Below are positions 1 to 10,641 of a stretch of DNA of 64,000 bases, piece after piece; the stretch's first letter is position 1, and every line of letters begins with the position of its first letter. The position numbers were made by a program, and so were the translations under genes. A model generated the notes under the pieces. The model did no database searches. It worked only from the letters and a program-made list of their open reading frames with translations, and was not told the DNA's origin. The DNA lies in contig JBAXGH010000002.1 in the NCBI GenBank assembly GCA_037139515.1, forward strand, positions 17,727 to 81,726, given 5' to 3'. This DNA comes from a bacterium. GTDB taxonomy: Bacteria > Patescibacteriota > Patescibacteriia > JBAXGH01.

Positions 1-1197
1 TCCCCCGCCAATCATAAAGGCATAGCCAAACATGGCAAGGTTCGGCTTGCGGACCGACTGGCGGGCTTTGACTTTCTCGACGTTATAACACAAGTCAAAA
101 GCTTCCTTGCTATACGTAGGACGCCTCATCTTCCAATATTCACGAAGCATCTTATCTTGCCAGTCGAAGACTTCGGGTATAACCGAGTAAAGCTCAGCTA
201 CCGTCAGAGCAGCATATTCATGCTCTTTAAAATACAGATCAGTGGTCTGCAAACCTGTCGATGTGTTCTTGTCATGCTGGCGATAGAAATTGGTTGCCCG
301 CACAGAATACGCAATCGCCCCGCCCCTCATAATATTGAGATAAAAAACCAAGTCACCACAAAACCTTAGCGACAACCACTTCTCGTCGCTCAAAAGCTTC
401 ATCGACCCAGGATTTCTAAATATCACGCTGCTCACGTTTGGAATAATATTTCTTTTACTCATCGCCGAATTAACAATCTGATGAGCAGATTCAATGAAAT
501 CAGATTTCCATTTATCAGGATCAATGTCTCGTAAATATGTTTCAATATCCCAAAAAGGCTCGCCATTCTTCACAAAAACCGTGCGACAATATGCGAGCAT
601 AATCGCTTCATTTGCAAAAAAAGGTACGAGTGAAGAGATTAAATTGGACGAGCAATAATCATCACTCTCAGCAATCCAAATCAATTCCCCTTTTGCCTCC
701 TCAATTCCTCGCTTCCATTGTCTGAATACGGAACCAGAATTTACTTCGTTAAAAATGCATCTTGTCTTTTCTTTATATTTCTCCGCATATTCTGACAATA
801 TCTTTCTGCTACCATCAGATGAGCAGTCATCCATCAAGATTACTTCATAATTTTCATAATCTTGCGAATATATTGAGTCTAGTCTCTGTTCTAAATATTT
901 TTCATGATTGAAATTCGGAACGATTATTGTAATCTTTGGCCTAAAATCACTCGCTGATTCTGATGATCTAAAAAGATTCAGATTTTTGTTAGAAACATCG
1001 CCCGCGCCTGGTGTGATTTTCCTATACATCGCATCAATGCCAGCAACTAGAAACTTAAAGGTTTTATTTACTGCGACAAATAGACCGTCTTTATTTACAA
1101 CACGCAAGAAAGACTTAACTAGAAACACGCCCGAGTTAATCTTATAAAGAATCTTCTTCTCAAGTAACCTCAGCCGATTTACTATTGTTGATTTCAT
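1..1197 (-). CDS. Glycosyltransferase family 2 (GT-A), 3' part runs off the left edge
   Basis: Not in the ORF track because it is truncated. Manual translation from ATG at 1197 gives ...PKITIIVPNFNHEKYLEQRLDSIYSQDYENYEVILMDDCSSDGS..., a typical GT2 N-terminal motif. Confidence 0.85.
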   Translation of the reverse strand, partial: MKSTIVNRLRLLEKKILYKINSGVFLVKSFLRVVNKDGLFVAVNKTFKFLVAGIDAMYRKITPGAGDVSNKNLNLFRSSESASDFRPKITIIVPNFNHEKYLEQRLDSIYSQDYENYEVILMDDCSSDGSRKILSEYAEKYKEKTRCIFNEVNSGSVFRQWKRGIEEAKGELIWIAESDDYCSSNLISSLVPFFANEAIMLAYCRTVFVKNGEPFWDIETYLRDIDPDKWKSDFIESAHQIVNSAMSKRNIIPNVSSVIFRNPGSMKLLSDEKWLSLRFCGDLVFYLNIMRGGAIAYSVRATNFYRQHDKNTSTGLQTTDLYFKEHEYAALTVAELYSVIPEVFDWQDKMLREYWKMRRPTYSKEAFDLCYNVEKVKARQSVRKPNLAMFGYAFMIGGG

Positions 1198-1253
1198 AAA
1201 GCAAAAACCACCCACGAATACTCAACGAGTATAGCTCATTACTAGGGAAACGA

Positions 1254-2681
1254 TTAGCGAATCATTCGGTAAAGACGCTTCGCGATGGACCTCCGAATAG
1301 TGCCCACCGGCATAATTACATCCGCAATTTTTCTTGCAAACAATCCCGTCAGAATCCTTCCAGAAGTTAATCGCCCTTTAAGCTCTCTCAATTCGCTCTC
1401 AATTCTGCGATTTTCGACTTCGAGAATAAAGGTCTCCCTCTCCCTCCTTTCTTTTTCTGAACGCACTTGGTTTTCGAGCTCACTTTTATCTGCCGTCAGA
1501 GTCACCACTTTAGCGCCTGAAAGACCAACGCAATCTAACAGCACCTTCTCATTAATATCTCGATGCTGAATAAACGCACGAAATACTTCGCGCTTCTCCT
1601 TCGGGACCATCTCAGAATACCTGCTCGCAAACTGGTGCGCATCCAAAGCTCGCTTAGTAGCATCCAAACATCCAAAGCCATGCTTTTTATCCGGCTCAAG
1701 ATATGTGCCCTCAGCCCACTCATTCCAAGCATTCACAAAAACCAGTTGCTTCTCATCGCTAAAATTCTGAGCGGTGTGCCAAACTGCATTTCCAAGCCAG
1801 CTTTCATAGAGGCCTAACGAGAAATCCGAAAAGATAGTTGCATTATTTCCTTTGCGCGCTGTATTGTCCCAATTCAACATAACCGTCTTATGGAGCGGAA
1901 AATCTAGCCTTTGAGATGATTTTTCGACCCTAGCAATATCCTGATAGCTACAAATGTTTCCGTTGAAATCATGGTTATGTTTCTTGGCCATGTTCGTATT
2001 TACCACATCCGCCGAAGTGCCAAACGGTGGAAATTCAACACATGCATCAAAGCCATGTGCATCAGGCGCAGAAGTATCGCCAAAAACCTGACACTTACAT
2101 AGATACAAATCCTCAAAACCCGCCTCTTGTGCGATTTTTCGCCAAAGTCTAGTTGTTTGTAGGATATCCGGAAAAAGCAATGCCCTATATATAATCAAGA
2201 CCGGCTTGTTACCAACCTTTATGTATCGCGGATCCTTGAAAATCGGCAGCAGATCTCGTATGAACTTTTCATCATTTTCTCTCGAATGTTTCTGTTCCAT
2301 CAATATTTCTTGCTCCTTACCATCCCAGCGCCGAGTCCAATTTTCATTCGCATAGCAAAGGCAGAAAGGCAAATCAACCTTTGGATTCTCCAACATCTGG
2401 GTGAGGGGCCGATCCAATAACTTTTTGCCGTCGAACCAATAATAGTAATAACAAAAACCATGAATGCCAAACTTTTTTGCCATTTCAGCCTGCTCGATCT
2501 GAACCTCCGGAACACGGAGATCGTAAAAACCAAGATCCGCTGGCAAACGCGGTTGATCATGACCTGGAAAAAGTGGTTTCGCTCGAGTCACGTTTCGCCA
2601 CTCAGTAAAACCCTTTCCCCACCACTCATCATTTTCCGGTATCGGGTGAAACTGAGGAAGATAAAAGGCGATAACTTTCAT
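1254..2681 (-). CDS. WbsX / glycoside hydrolase family 99-like domain protein with C-terminal coiled coil
   Basis: IAFYLPQFHPIPENDEWWGKGFTEW, GFYDLR, FCYYYYWF, NAWNEWAEGTYLEPD family motifs. Confidence 0.9.
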   Translation of the reverse strand: MKVIAFYLPQFHPIPENDEWWGKGFTEWRNVTRAKPLFPGHDQPRLPADLGFYDLRVPEVQIEQAEMAKKFGIHGFCYYYYWFDGKKLLDRPLTQMLENPKVDLPFCLCYANENWTRRWDGKEQEILMEQKHSRENDEKFIRDLLPIFKDPRYIKVGNKPVLIIYRALLFPDILQTTRLWRKIAQEAGFEDLYLCKCQVFGDTSAPDAHGFDACVEFPPFGTSADVVNTNMAKKHNHDFNGNICSYQDIARVEKSSQRLDFPLHKTVMLNWDNTARKGNNATIFSDFSLGLYESWLGNAVWHTAQNFSDEKQLVFVNAWNEWAEGTYLEPDKKHGFGCLDATKRALDAHQFASRYSEMVPKEKREVFRAFIQHRDINEKVLLDCVGLSGAKVVTLTADKSELENQVRSEKERRERETFILEVENRRIESELRELKGRLTSGRILTGLFARKIADVIMPVGTIRRSIAKRLYRMIR

Positions 2682-2706
2682 AAATCTGAAACTCTTTAGC
2701 TGAGTA

Positions 2707-3564
2707 TTACACCGGCTTCAATACAACGATAGTCTGAAAGATGTCACCCTCATCTAGATAAGATTCCACAACCCCCCACTCTACCCAGTTAAGTTTTATG
2801 AACTCTAGAGACATCGATGCATCCCCATACGGAACATCTCCGTCGATGTTTGGCCTATTGTGCGGCGCATAGGCAAAACCCAGACTCTCATGACTACTCT
2901 TCATGACTCCAACATCACATCTGTTGTTTGAAAATTCCAAATGTCTGTCCCAATACTCTTTCGGCCTGATAGTCACAAACAATAGGCCATCTTTAGAAAT
3001 ATTTTGTCGGAGGACTTTAAGTATGGACTGACCGCATTTCTGCGACAAGTGAGTAAATAAGGAAAAAGCATAAATCAAATCGAACTTTACCGAAAAAGGT
3101 AAACTCTTTGGATATTCATCAACAAGCGCTGTTTTTTCAAGTAGCTTGCATTCGTTACAGATATTTATGGATTCCTGCCAAGCATCAACTCCATATAAGT
3201 TTCCGACAGGAACAAATTTATACATTAAGCGGGAAATTCTCCCCCAGCCGATACCATAATCCAGAACCTTGGATTCAGCCAGAGCTCTGCGCGAGTGTTT
3301 CTGATACTTCTCAACCATTGACCGAACAAAGATACAGCTTTGGGCTAGTAGAATATTGCCAAAACTTCCGGTCCACTGCGTTTGAATTTCATTCGATGGC
3401 ATTGCAGGAAAAAACTGCTTCATCCTTGGGTATTGATCAGGAATCATCAAAAGCAACTCGCCAAAGTCAGCAATATCGATTTCGTTAAAAAGCTCCGGAA
3501 TATTATTTGATGCGGCCGGTAGAATAGAATCCTCGATACACTGCAGCGTGGTTGCTGAAATCAT
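2707..3564 (-). CDS. Class I SAM-dependent methyltransferase
   Basis: VLDYGIGWGR motif I; FDLIYAFSLFTHL. Confidence 0.85.
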   Translation of the reverse strand: MISATTLQCIEDSILPAASNNIPELFNEIDIADFGELLLMIPDQYPRMKQFFPAMPSNEIQTQWTGSFGNILLAQSCIFVRSMVEKYQKHSRRALAESKVLDYGIGWGRISRLMYKFVPVGNLYGVDAWQESINICNECKLLEKTALVDEYPKSLPFSVKFDLIYAFSLFTHLSQKCGQSILKVLRQNISKDGLLFVTIRPKEYWDRHLEFSNNRCDVGVMKSSHESLGFAYAPHNRPNIDGDVPYGDASMSLEFIKLNWVEWGVVESYLDEGDIFQTIVVLKPV

Positions 3565-3565
3565 A

Positions 3566-5548
3566 TTAATCTTTATGAACAGATTCGATTATTGACTTTG
3601 TCTCTTCTAATACTGAGCATCGTAATAGCATCTCTTTAAGAGATTCTCTGTATGCATTCGTTAGTACATTCAAATCAGCTCCATTCGTAAAACGTTGGTT
3701 ATAGCTATTCTTGTGAATGCGCCAATGCGTCATTTTCTTATCCGCCAGACAGAATTCACCGCGTCGTGCAACTTGCGACCAAATCCACCAGTCAGTCCAT
3801 GCATCAAAGTCTCTGGGACAGAACTCGACCCCACTTAGCGCGCCCGTTCTAACCATGACACTCGAAAATGTTGGAATTGCATTTTCTTTAACAAACAACT
3901 CAATGGCATTGAAGGGCTGTGGATAATTACGAAACTTACGTACACAATTTTCCACATAACCTTGTTTATCAGGAACGTTTTCAGAGTCACCGAATGCCTC
4001 AATATCATTGAATACCAGAACAGCCTCTGGGAATTTCTTAAAAGCCGAGATTTTTTCTGAAAGCATCGAATAGCTCCACTTGTCATCATATTCCAAAAAA
4101 GCTACATATTCACCTTTTACTTCATTTATGGCGCTGGCCAGCGTAGCTGATAGGCCTCTATTAACGTGACCTGGATGGGTACGCAGTTTCACCCTTTCAT
4201 CGTTCAGATACCCAGAAATGACCTTTTCAGAGTTGTCGATCGACCCATCATCAAAGACAATCAATTCCCAATTCGTGTAATTTTGTGCCTTTACTGAGTC
4301 AATCGCTTCTTGTAAATACTTTTCACCATTGTAGTTAGCCATGATTATAGAAACTAATGGTGGTATTGGTGCGCATTGTGCTTGGGATGCTTTCTTCTCA
4401 ACGACAGACCGAATCAGCTTTATTATTTGCGGACAAACTACATTAGGAGCGTAGTGCCTTTCAACTTTTTCGCGACCGGCCAGACCCATGGCACGGGCCC
4501 TACCCTTGTGCTGCATCAAGAACAGAGCCTTACTTGCCATACTAGCTGCATCGCCATACGGCACCACAAAACCGACATCATCCGTCACAAACTCAGGCAT
4601 GCCACCCGCACCCTCAAAACAAATAATAGGCAAACCGCATCGAGCAGCTTCTAAACAGACCAGTGGAAATGGGTCCTCTCTGGACGGCAGCAAGAACAAA
4701 TCACCAGCAGCAAAGTACTCGCTCGGATTCTGCTTTTCTCCTAAAAACGTTACGCGATATTCTAGCTCTTTCTCTCTAGCCACCGATTCGATGTCCGCAT
4801 ATTCATTCTTTAAAATAGATCCAAGCCAGAAGAAATGAAAGTTTTTTACATGCATTTTACTCAATAGTTCTGCCGTCTCCACGAATATATCAGGACCCTT
4901 CCGCCAATCAACGGTTCCGCATCCAAAAACTAGAAAGTCATCCTCCGGCAGGCACAGCTTCTTCCTTAGTTCCGATGAAGGATCGCTATTTCTGACTTTT
5001 CTCTCACCAATAAACTCAGGAATCACAGCAATATTCTCTTCCTTTATTCCATGATTCTTCATCAGGTTTTGCTTTACTGGTCCTGAAACTACAATGTAGC
5101 AATCCATATTCAGCACTAACTCCCTCATCGCTTCTTTGCCGGCGAATTTTATGATGCTCTGTTCTAATTCATGAACACAACAAATCTTTGGCACATTTAA
5201 ATACTTGAAATACTCCAAATATTTACCGGCGACAACGGTATTAAAATACACCACGCCGACATTATCTCCACAGAACTCTTTTATCCCATTACGAGCATCG
5301 TGACTACTCTCAATAACATATACATCTGAAACCTCTTTGTATTCCCCAAGTAACACCCCACCATGACCAAGAACAACTTTGAAACGTATCGCGGTATTTA
5401 TCTTTATCCATTTTAATAAATCCAATAACACAATTTGCGCGCCAGCCCTGGCTGCGTCATGACCGAAAAAAATTATCGTAGAAGCTATTTTGCATCCGTC
5501 ATTTCCCCTTGCTATTGATGCTAATATTCTTTGAATAAATTGCATCAT
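3566..5548 (-). CDS. Fused glycosyltransferase (N-terminal GT4, C-terminal GT2)
   Basis: GT4: RKGPD, LPSREDPFPLVCLEAA; GT2: VSIIMANYNGEKYLQEAIDSV, FDDGSID. Confidence 0.9.
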   Translation of the reverse strand: MMQFIQRILASIARGNDGCKIASTIIFFGHDAARAGAQIVLLDLLKWIKINTAIRFKVVLGHGGVLLGEYKEVSDVYVIESSHDARNGIKEFCGDNVGVVYFNTVVAGKYLEYFKYLNVPKICCVHELEQSIIKFAGKEAMRELVLNMDCYIVVSGPVKQNLMKNHGIKEENIAVIPEFIGERKVRNSDPSSELRKKLCLPEDDFLVFGCGTVDWRKGPDIFVETAELLSKMHVKNFHFFWLGSILKNEYADIESVAREKELEYRVTFLGEKQNPSEYFAAGDLFLLPSREDPFPLVCLEAARCGLPIICFEGAGGMPEFVTDDVGFVVPYGDAASMASKALFLMQHKGRARAMGLAGREKVERHYAPNVVCPQIIKLIRSVVEKKASQAQCAPIPPLVSIIMANYNGEKYLQEAIDSVKAQNYTNWELIVFDDGSIDNSEKVISGYLNDERVKLRTHPGHVNRGLSATLASAINEVKGEYVAFLEYDDKWSYSMLSEKISAFKKFPEAVLVFNDIEAFGDSENVPDKQGYVENCVRKFRNYPQPFNAIELFVKENAIPTFSSVMVRTGALSGVEFCPRDFDAWTDWWIWSQVARRGEFCLADKKMTHWRIHKNSYNQRFTNGADLNVLTNAYRESLKEMLLRCSVLEETKSIIESVHKD

Positions 5549-6447
5549 AAACCAATTAGCTTCTTAATTTTCACAACGATCTTGCGTCGTTTTGAATCCA
5601 CAGGAAACATGCGGTCAGCAAGCGTCAATAGGCTCTCCTCGAACTTATTTCGTAATGAAATAGGTTTCCCCGTCGTGTTTTTTGTGTTCGCCGAGTTTAT
5701 GCGCTCGGCACCTTTCTTAATAACATATAAATCCTGATGTTCCCACCACTCAGCCTCTTTAAAAAGAATTATTTCCGCACCAAGTTTATAACATTCGTTA
5801 AATACAAATTTCGGTAAAGTTATCGTGAGTCCATAGTCGTTCACATCGAGGTCATTCTGTTCACTACTTGGCTTAAACCAATAACCATCTCCATCTAAAA
5901 CCGATTCAGGAAAATGCTTTTTCAAACTCTGATTTCCATGCGCGGTAAATATAAGATATCCATCTTTTTTTAACCCACCCAATAAGGCGACAAGCCATCT
6001 CGACCATGTTTCTTTTGGCATATGGGAAAAGAACGAAAGCGTAAATATTACATCAAATGGTTTATTTACGCGAAAATCCTCAGGGCGTGTTTCAGAAAGA
6101 ATTACCGGCAACTTCATCGTGCTATTTATAAAATCGATAGTCCCCTTATGTATATCGCACGATGTCACGGAAATTTCAGGAATAGCATTCTTTAAATGCC
6201 TTGTCACGCATCCATACCCAGAAGCGAACTCCAACAGCTCTGTTGTCGGTTTCAACATTCCATAGTCCTGAAGGATACTCCGCAATTTTTCAGCTGACTT
6301 CTTTCCATCTTCGAAGTAATAACGCACCGCATGTTCATAATTAGCTATTGCGCCAATCACGAATTTAAATATCAAATCTTCCGGATGAATTTGCGGAACT
6401 ACGCCAACCCGCTTCGCTGCTTCGATAATAATCTGATTCGTGTTCAT
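5545..6447 (-). CDS. Class I SAM-dependent methyltransferase
   Basis: LLEFASGYGCVTRH; FDVIFTLSFFSHM. Confidence 0.85.
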   Translation of the reverse strand: MNTNQIIIEAAKRVGVVPQIHPEDLIFKFVIGAIANYEHAVRYYFEDGKKSAEKLRSILQDYGMLKPTTELLEFASGYGCVTRHLKNAIPEISVTSCDIHKGTIDFINSTMKLPVILSETRPEDFRVNKPFDVIFTLSFFSHMPKETWSRWLVALLGGLKKDGYLIFTAHGNQSLKKHFPESVLDGDGYWFKPSSEQNDLDVNDYGLTITLPKFVFNECYKLGAEIILFKEAEWWEHQDLYVIKKGAERINSANTKNTTGKPISLRNKFEESLLTLADRMFPVDSKRRKIVVKIKKLIGL

Positions 6448-6467
6448 ATTAGAATGCGCTCGGCTTA

Positions 6468-9284
6468 TTAATAGCTAATCATAAAAGTCTTTTTTCCAAT
6501 TCTACCGATTATCTTGATGTCCTTAATATCTATTTCTTTTTTTAAAGACAACACAAAATCAAAGCCGTTATTTTCTACGTTGTTTACTGAGAAATGCCTC
6601 GAAACATCGTCCCTGCTGACATTAGGCACATGCGAGTAAATCACATCATCGTTCAACAAAATATAAATATTATCAATAGCCCTACTATGTTCGAGGTTCG
6701 TCGCCCAACCAGATATCTTCAAACATCCTCCATCGATACTCACGCGCTCAACATTATAACTCGCCTCATCAACAACAAACACTCCCTTCAACGAAGAGCT
6801 GCCGCCTCCGCCATTTGATAACTCAATGAGATTATCCTCGCTGCGCACGCTGGATGTTCGATCAACTGCTCCAATCGAGGCAAGCAAACACCGTTTGTTT
6901 TCCGGAATAGCCATGCGCGACTTCCTAATGCGTTCGCGACTGAAAGACAGCTGACAGTCATTCATATCGACTTGCTTCATCCTATCATCCAACAGCACTA
7001 GATTAAAGCCGACCGCATCGCGCGTACCTTTAAAGTAATTATCGACATCGATGCGAGGAAGCAGCGTAGCAGAAACATCTCCAAAATTACCGCAACTAAA
7101 AATGACTCGATTGACTTTTGTGGACCCCTTGGGGACCGCTATCCATCCATTAATACTAACAAATACACCTAATTTTTCGCGCACACTCTCAATATTATAT
7201 AAGGCATCAGAAGCCGGAGTCTTCACCGAAGTAGATTCTCGGAAAAGAACCGTACCGCCGACACCAGATAAAGGACTTCCAATAACCGTCTTCAATTCAC
7301 ACATTGGTTTACCTTTACTATCCAGCTCATATGCCGAGACTATGTTTTTGCCATTCTGAAAAAATCTCTCGGGACTCATCGCTTGTAAATTCTGAGTTCT
7401 ATCTTTTTCAAATACTGCAGCAGATGAAGTAATAACTCCGTTCAGGCTAATCACAAGATTACTATTTGTTCTAGCAGTTAATGAACCAGTGACTAGAACC
7501 GGCAGAAACTGCGACAAAGTATTTACATTCTCAAAAAGAGAGCTATTTCCGAGCAAAAAGCTGCCTCCACACATCGGTAGGTCGTAATCAACCCTTTGTC
7601 CGACTAATTCATGCTGTTTTCTGAGCTCCGGAAAAGCGTCTTCGCCATATGTAAACAGCTCTAATTTCTTATCTAGAGCAGCAAAATTCATGGCTTCTTT
7701 CTGAAGTTTCTCATCGGCCGGAAAAGCATGGAGACGCTCGCATGACTCAAACAGCGAGCAGCTACTCATGTCATACGGCTTCTGTGCAGATAACAATTCT
7801 ACTATTGTCGGCACGATATCGAGGCTGGAAACAAACCGGTCATCTATATTTCCTTCTGCTTGATTTGGCTCTTTAACAAGTAAGGGAATCGGTAAAATCT
7901 CTGGAGCAGTCATGCTAGTTATGTTGCGTCGCGGTTCACCAGCCAAAAAAGAAACGCCGTGATCGGCTGTGATGATTATTAAGGATTTTTCATAAATCTT
8001 CTCATACTTGAGCTTTTGGATAAACTCGCCTAAGAGCTTGTCCGCAAACTGCGCCTGAAGAAGATACCGCTGATATCCCTGACTGACCAATTTCTCATTA
8101 TTTGCCCACCTGCCACTACTCATGTCAACGCCGTCAGGCAACAAAGTGTCAAAATTATAAATCTCACCGTTGGGAAGAAACCTATACGGCACGTGAGGCA
8201 GGAAGAAATGACCGAAATAAAAAGTATCTTTCCTACCATCGATTGAAGCTACGAAATTGCGAAAACGCACATCTTCACCATCACCATAATTTCTTGTATC
8301 AATAGCGCTCCGACGAAATTCTCCAAAACCACTCCAGCCACCATCAATATTAATCGCTCTATCTGCAAACAAGCCCGGAAGAACGGTGTTGAAATAGATT
8401 ACACCTGTATCGATCAGCTTCTCGCGCTTACTTAATCCGGCTGTCAGCGTACTGCTGCACTGATCCTGAGGACAGAGCGACGTGGCCCTTTCAAACCCCT
8501 TAACCTCATATTGACCCTTGAAAAATGTAAACAGATTATCAGGATAATTTTCGAGCACTGGAAGCTCAAATGGCGGAACTAACGACTTAGGCCTTATTCC
8601 AGTCAATATCGCCGGCACCGCAACTTCCGTGGTGCTGGCAATCGAAGTCGCCTTTCGAAACCAAATCGAATCATCCGCGAGCTTCGCAAAATTCGGATAT
8701 ATTTTTCTGTCGATATTTTTATCCTTATCAAGCAATGCAATCGTATTCATCTCATCAAAAACAATCAAAAACACCGGAAAGTCCTTGTCGATTTTAGCAC
8801 CGCTACTGCCAATCTCCACATGAGTAAGCAACATTTTAACCGGACTAAAGAACAAAAAGATAATCGGAAAAACCAAAATCGCGATCGATGAAATGGCGAC
8901 AATTCTTGAAATCGCATTTTTGCGCGTCAAATATCCAGCTACAAGACCGGCTAAAATTATCACCGCAAGTTCAGTCCGCGGAACCATCGCGAATCTCTTC
9001 AGCATCGGCGAAAATATCACCGAAAAAAGCGCCGCGGAAAACAAATAATGTGCGTATTTCCCAACCCAACCAAATAAAGCAAAAAACAATTCGATGATAA
9101 CCGCGACGAGCGCCGGCACAAAACCGATAATCAAAGCAAACCAAACAATACTCCAATCGCGCATTCCATGAGCCACGAAAAACGTACCGTTCTGCCCAAG
9201 AAGATTCAGAAGCGGCCCCGAGACGGCAAAACTCGCGAGCGCCGCCGATTGAAGTAAATATCGCTTATTCGGCTGAAACCTCAT
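6468..9284 (-). CDS. Membrane-anchored alkaline-phosphatase/sulfatase-fold transferase (LtaS/EptA-like) with C-terminal Ig-like repeats
   Basis: About 5 N-terminal TM helices; VFDEM, STTEVAVPAILTG (Thr nucleophile position), PHVPY, ITADHG metal-binding motifs. Confidence 0.8.
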   Translation of the reverse strand: MRFQPNKRYLLQSAALASFAVSGPLLNLLGQNGTFFVAHGMRDWSIVWFALIIGFVPALVAVIIELFFALFGWVGKYAHYLFSAALFSVIFSPMLKRFAMVPRTELAVIILAGLVAGYLTRKNAISRIVAISSIAILVFPIIFLFFSPVKMLLTHVEIGSSGAKIDKDFPVFLIVFDEMNTIALLDKDKNIDRKIYPNFAKLADDSIWFRKATSIASTTEVAVPAILTGIRPKSLVPPFELPVLENYPDNLFTFFKGQYEVKGFERATSLCPQDQCSSTLTAGLSKREKLIDTGVIYFNTVLPGLFADRAINIDGGWSGFGEFRRSAIDTRNYGDGEDVRFRNFVASIDGRKDTFYFGHFFLPHVPYRFLPNGEIYNFDTLLPDGVDMSSGRWANNEKLVSQGYQRYLLQAQFADKLLGEFIQKLKYEKIYEKSLIIITADHGVSFLAGEPRRNITSMTAPEILPIPLLVKEPNQAEGNIDDRFVSSLDIVPTIVELLSAQKPYDMSSCSLFESCERLHAFPADEKLQKEAMNFAALDKKLELFTYGEDAFPELRKQHELVGQRVDYDLPMCGGSFLLGNSSLFENVNTLSQFLPVLVTGSLTARTNSNLVISLNGVITSSAAVFEKDRTQNLQAMSPERFFQNGKNIVSAYELDSKGKPMCELKTVIGSPLSGVGGTVLFRESTSVKTPASDALYNIESVREKLGVFVSINGWIAVPKGSTKVNRVIFSCGNFGDVSATLLPRIDVDNYFKGTRDAVGFNLVLLDDRMKQVDMNDCQLSFSRERIRKSRMAIPENKRCLLASIGAVDRTSSVRSEDNLIELSNGGGGSSSLKGVFVVDEASYNVERVSIDGGCLKISGWATNLEHSRAIDNIYILLNDDVIYSHVPNVSRDDVSRHFSVNNVENNGFDFVLSLKKEIDIKDIKIIGRIGKKTFMISY

Positions 9285-10641
9285 ATTTCTTTCGCATCAA
9301 GTATATCCAGCGCAGAGAATTCTTCACCGCGACACGTTTTTCGATCGTAAAATACTCGCAAAACTCAGCTTCGAAAGCATTTTGATTATAATCCGTCGGA
9401 ATAATTCTAGTCCGCCCTAAAATCTGCACTTTCGAATCCTCGGCCGGAATAAACTCTATCACCAAGTTCGAAGTGAGACGACTAAAGTATTCCGCCATCA
9501 TGCGAAACGGAATATTATTTGAAATTCGCAAGTGATGAACGAGCGCCAAGGCCAGTACCAAATCCACCGGGCCGCGTTCGAAAAGCGACATTCGCTCTTC
9601 ATTCGCCCAGCCAATCGAAGGCGATGGATTGGTTAAATCCAAAACCAGCGGCAGCAACGATTTCTCTCCCAAAGCCCTTGCTTTCAAATAAGCTTTTTCA
9701 ATCGCAGCGCTATCGATATCAAAAGCCACAGTATCAATTCCCTTTCGCGATGCCAGCTCACTGAACTCCCCGGTATTCGCACCCAAATCCCAAACTGAAT
9801 GCGGCTTTAACTCGCTAATCATCAGCTCAACGGCCTCAAGTTTAGAATTCATCGCCACGGAATCATAATTCGTGTCAGAGTAATATTCCCCCCATTCTGT
9901 CCCCTTCGGCGCCCAGGTGAGCCCCTGAATGCCCATTTTCAGGCTTTCAACCACGGACAGAATCCGATCCTTACTCATACGAATATCATCATGTTTTGGC
10001 GCGCTGCTAGAATGTTTATTCTGAAACCAAGCGTGCAGATGGATATTCGCAAGCAGAGAGAGATTAAAATACGAGCTAAACGGCAATATGCGACTCGTAA
10101 GCGGCAAGGGCACGCCGTCCAAGAATACTTTCAGCAATTGATTGAGACGCGCGTCGGTTTTGCTCATCAAAGCAAGTGGCGCCAAAAAATGCTCACAAAA
10201 CTGGCGATAAGCGATCCACGGCTTGCCTTCTTCGTATATTTCAAATGATAAAGTATCAATCAAAATCGGTTTGCCGTTTTGAAATTGGATATTATATGCG
10301 CTGGCATCTTTAAGCGTCATGCCACAATTCAAGGCGAACTTCTGAATTTCGAGCGTCAAAAGCGCAGCATCTTTTAGCTGGCTAAAGCACCATTCGTACG
10401 GATACGAGATAAAATCAATCTTTTTTGGCTTGATGAGTTTATAAACATTCGCAGGAGCCACCTCTTCTTCATGAGAAATCAAAAAGCCGTTATCGGTAAG
10501 TTTTTTCAGCAAACCGGATGAAACCAATTTCTCGTAATGAAGTTTGTATGTAAACGAAATTTGGCGCCTCAAAACACCATCTTCGGTGAAAACGAAACCC
10601 GCCGGATCGCGAAACGAAGCTTTATTTAATTTCGGGTCCAT
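9265..10641 (-). CDS. NoeA-like SAM-dependent methyltransferase with N-terminal kinase-like domain
   Basis: SFRDPAGFV, ISYPYEWCFSQLKDAA, LKDASAYNIQF, VWDLGANTGEFS, LALALVHHL. Confidence 0.8.
   Translation of the reverse strand: MDPKLNKASFRDPAGFVFTEDGVLRRQISFTYKLHYEKLVSSGLLKKLTDNGFLISHEEEVAPANVYKLIKPKKIDFISYPYEWCFSQLKDAALLTLEIQKFALNCGMTLKDASAYNIQFQNGKPILIDTLSFEIYEEGKPWIAYRQFCEHFLAPLALMSKTDARLNQLLKVFLDGVPLPLTSRILPFSSYFNLSLLANIHLHAWFQNKHSSSAPKHDDIRMSKDRILSVVESLKMGIQGLTWAPKGTEWGEYYSDTNYDSVAMNSKLEAVELMISELKPHSVWDLGANTGEFSELASRKGIDTVAFDIDSAAIEKAYLKARALGEKSLLPLVLDLTNPSPSIGWANEERMSLFERGPVDLVLALALVHHLRISNNIPFRMMAEYFSRLTSNLVIEFIPAEDSKVQILGRTRIIPTDYNQNAFEAEFCEYFTIEKRVAVKNSLRWIYLMRKKYEVSAE

Noticed and set aside
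6468-9284. True arylsulfatase
   Set aside because: No (C/S)xPxR formylglycine motif; Thr at the nucleophile position points to a phosphotransferase of the same fold
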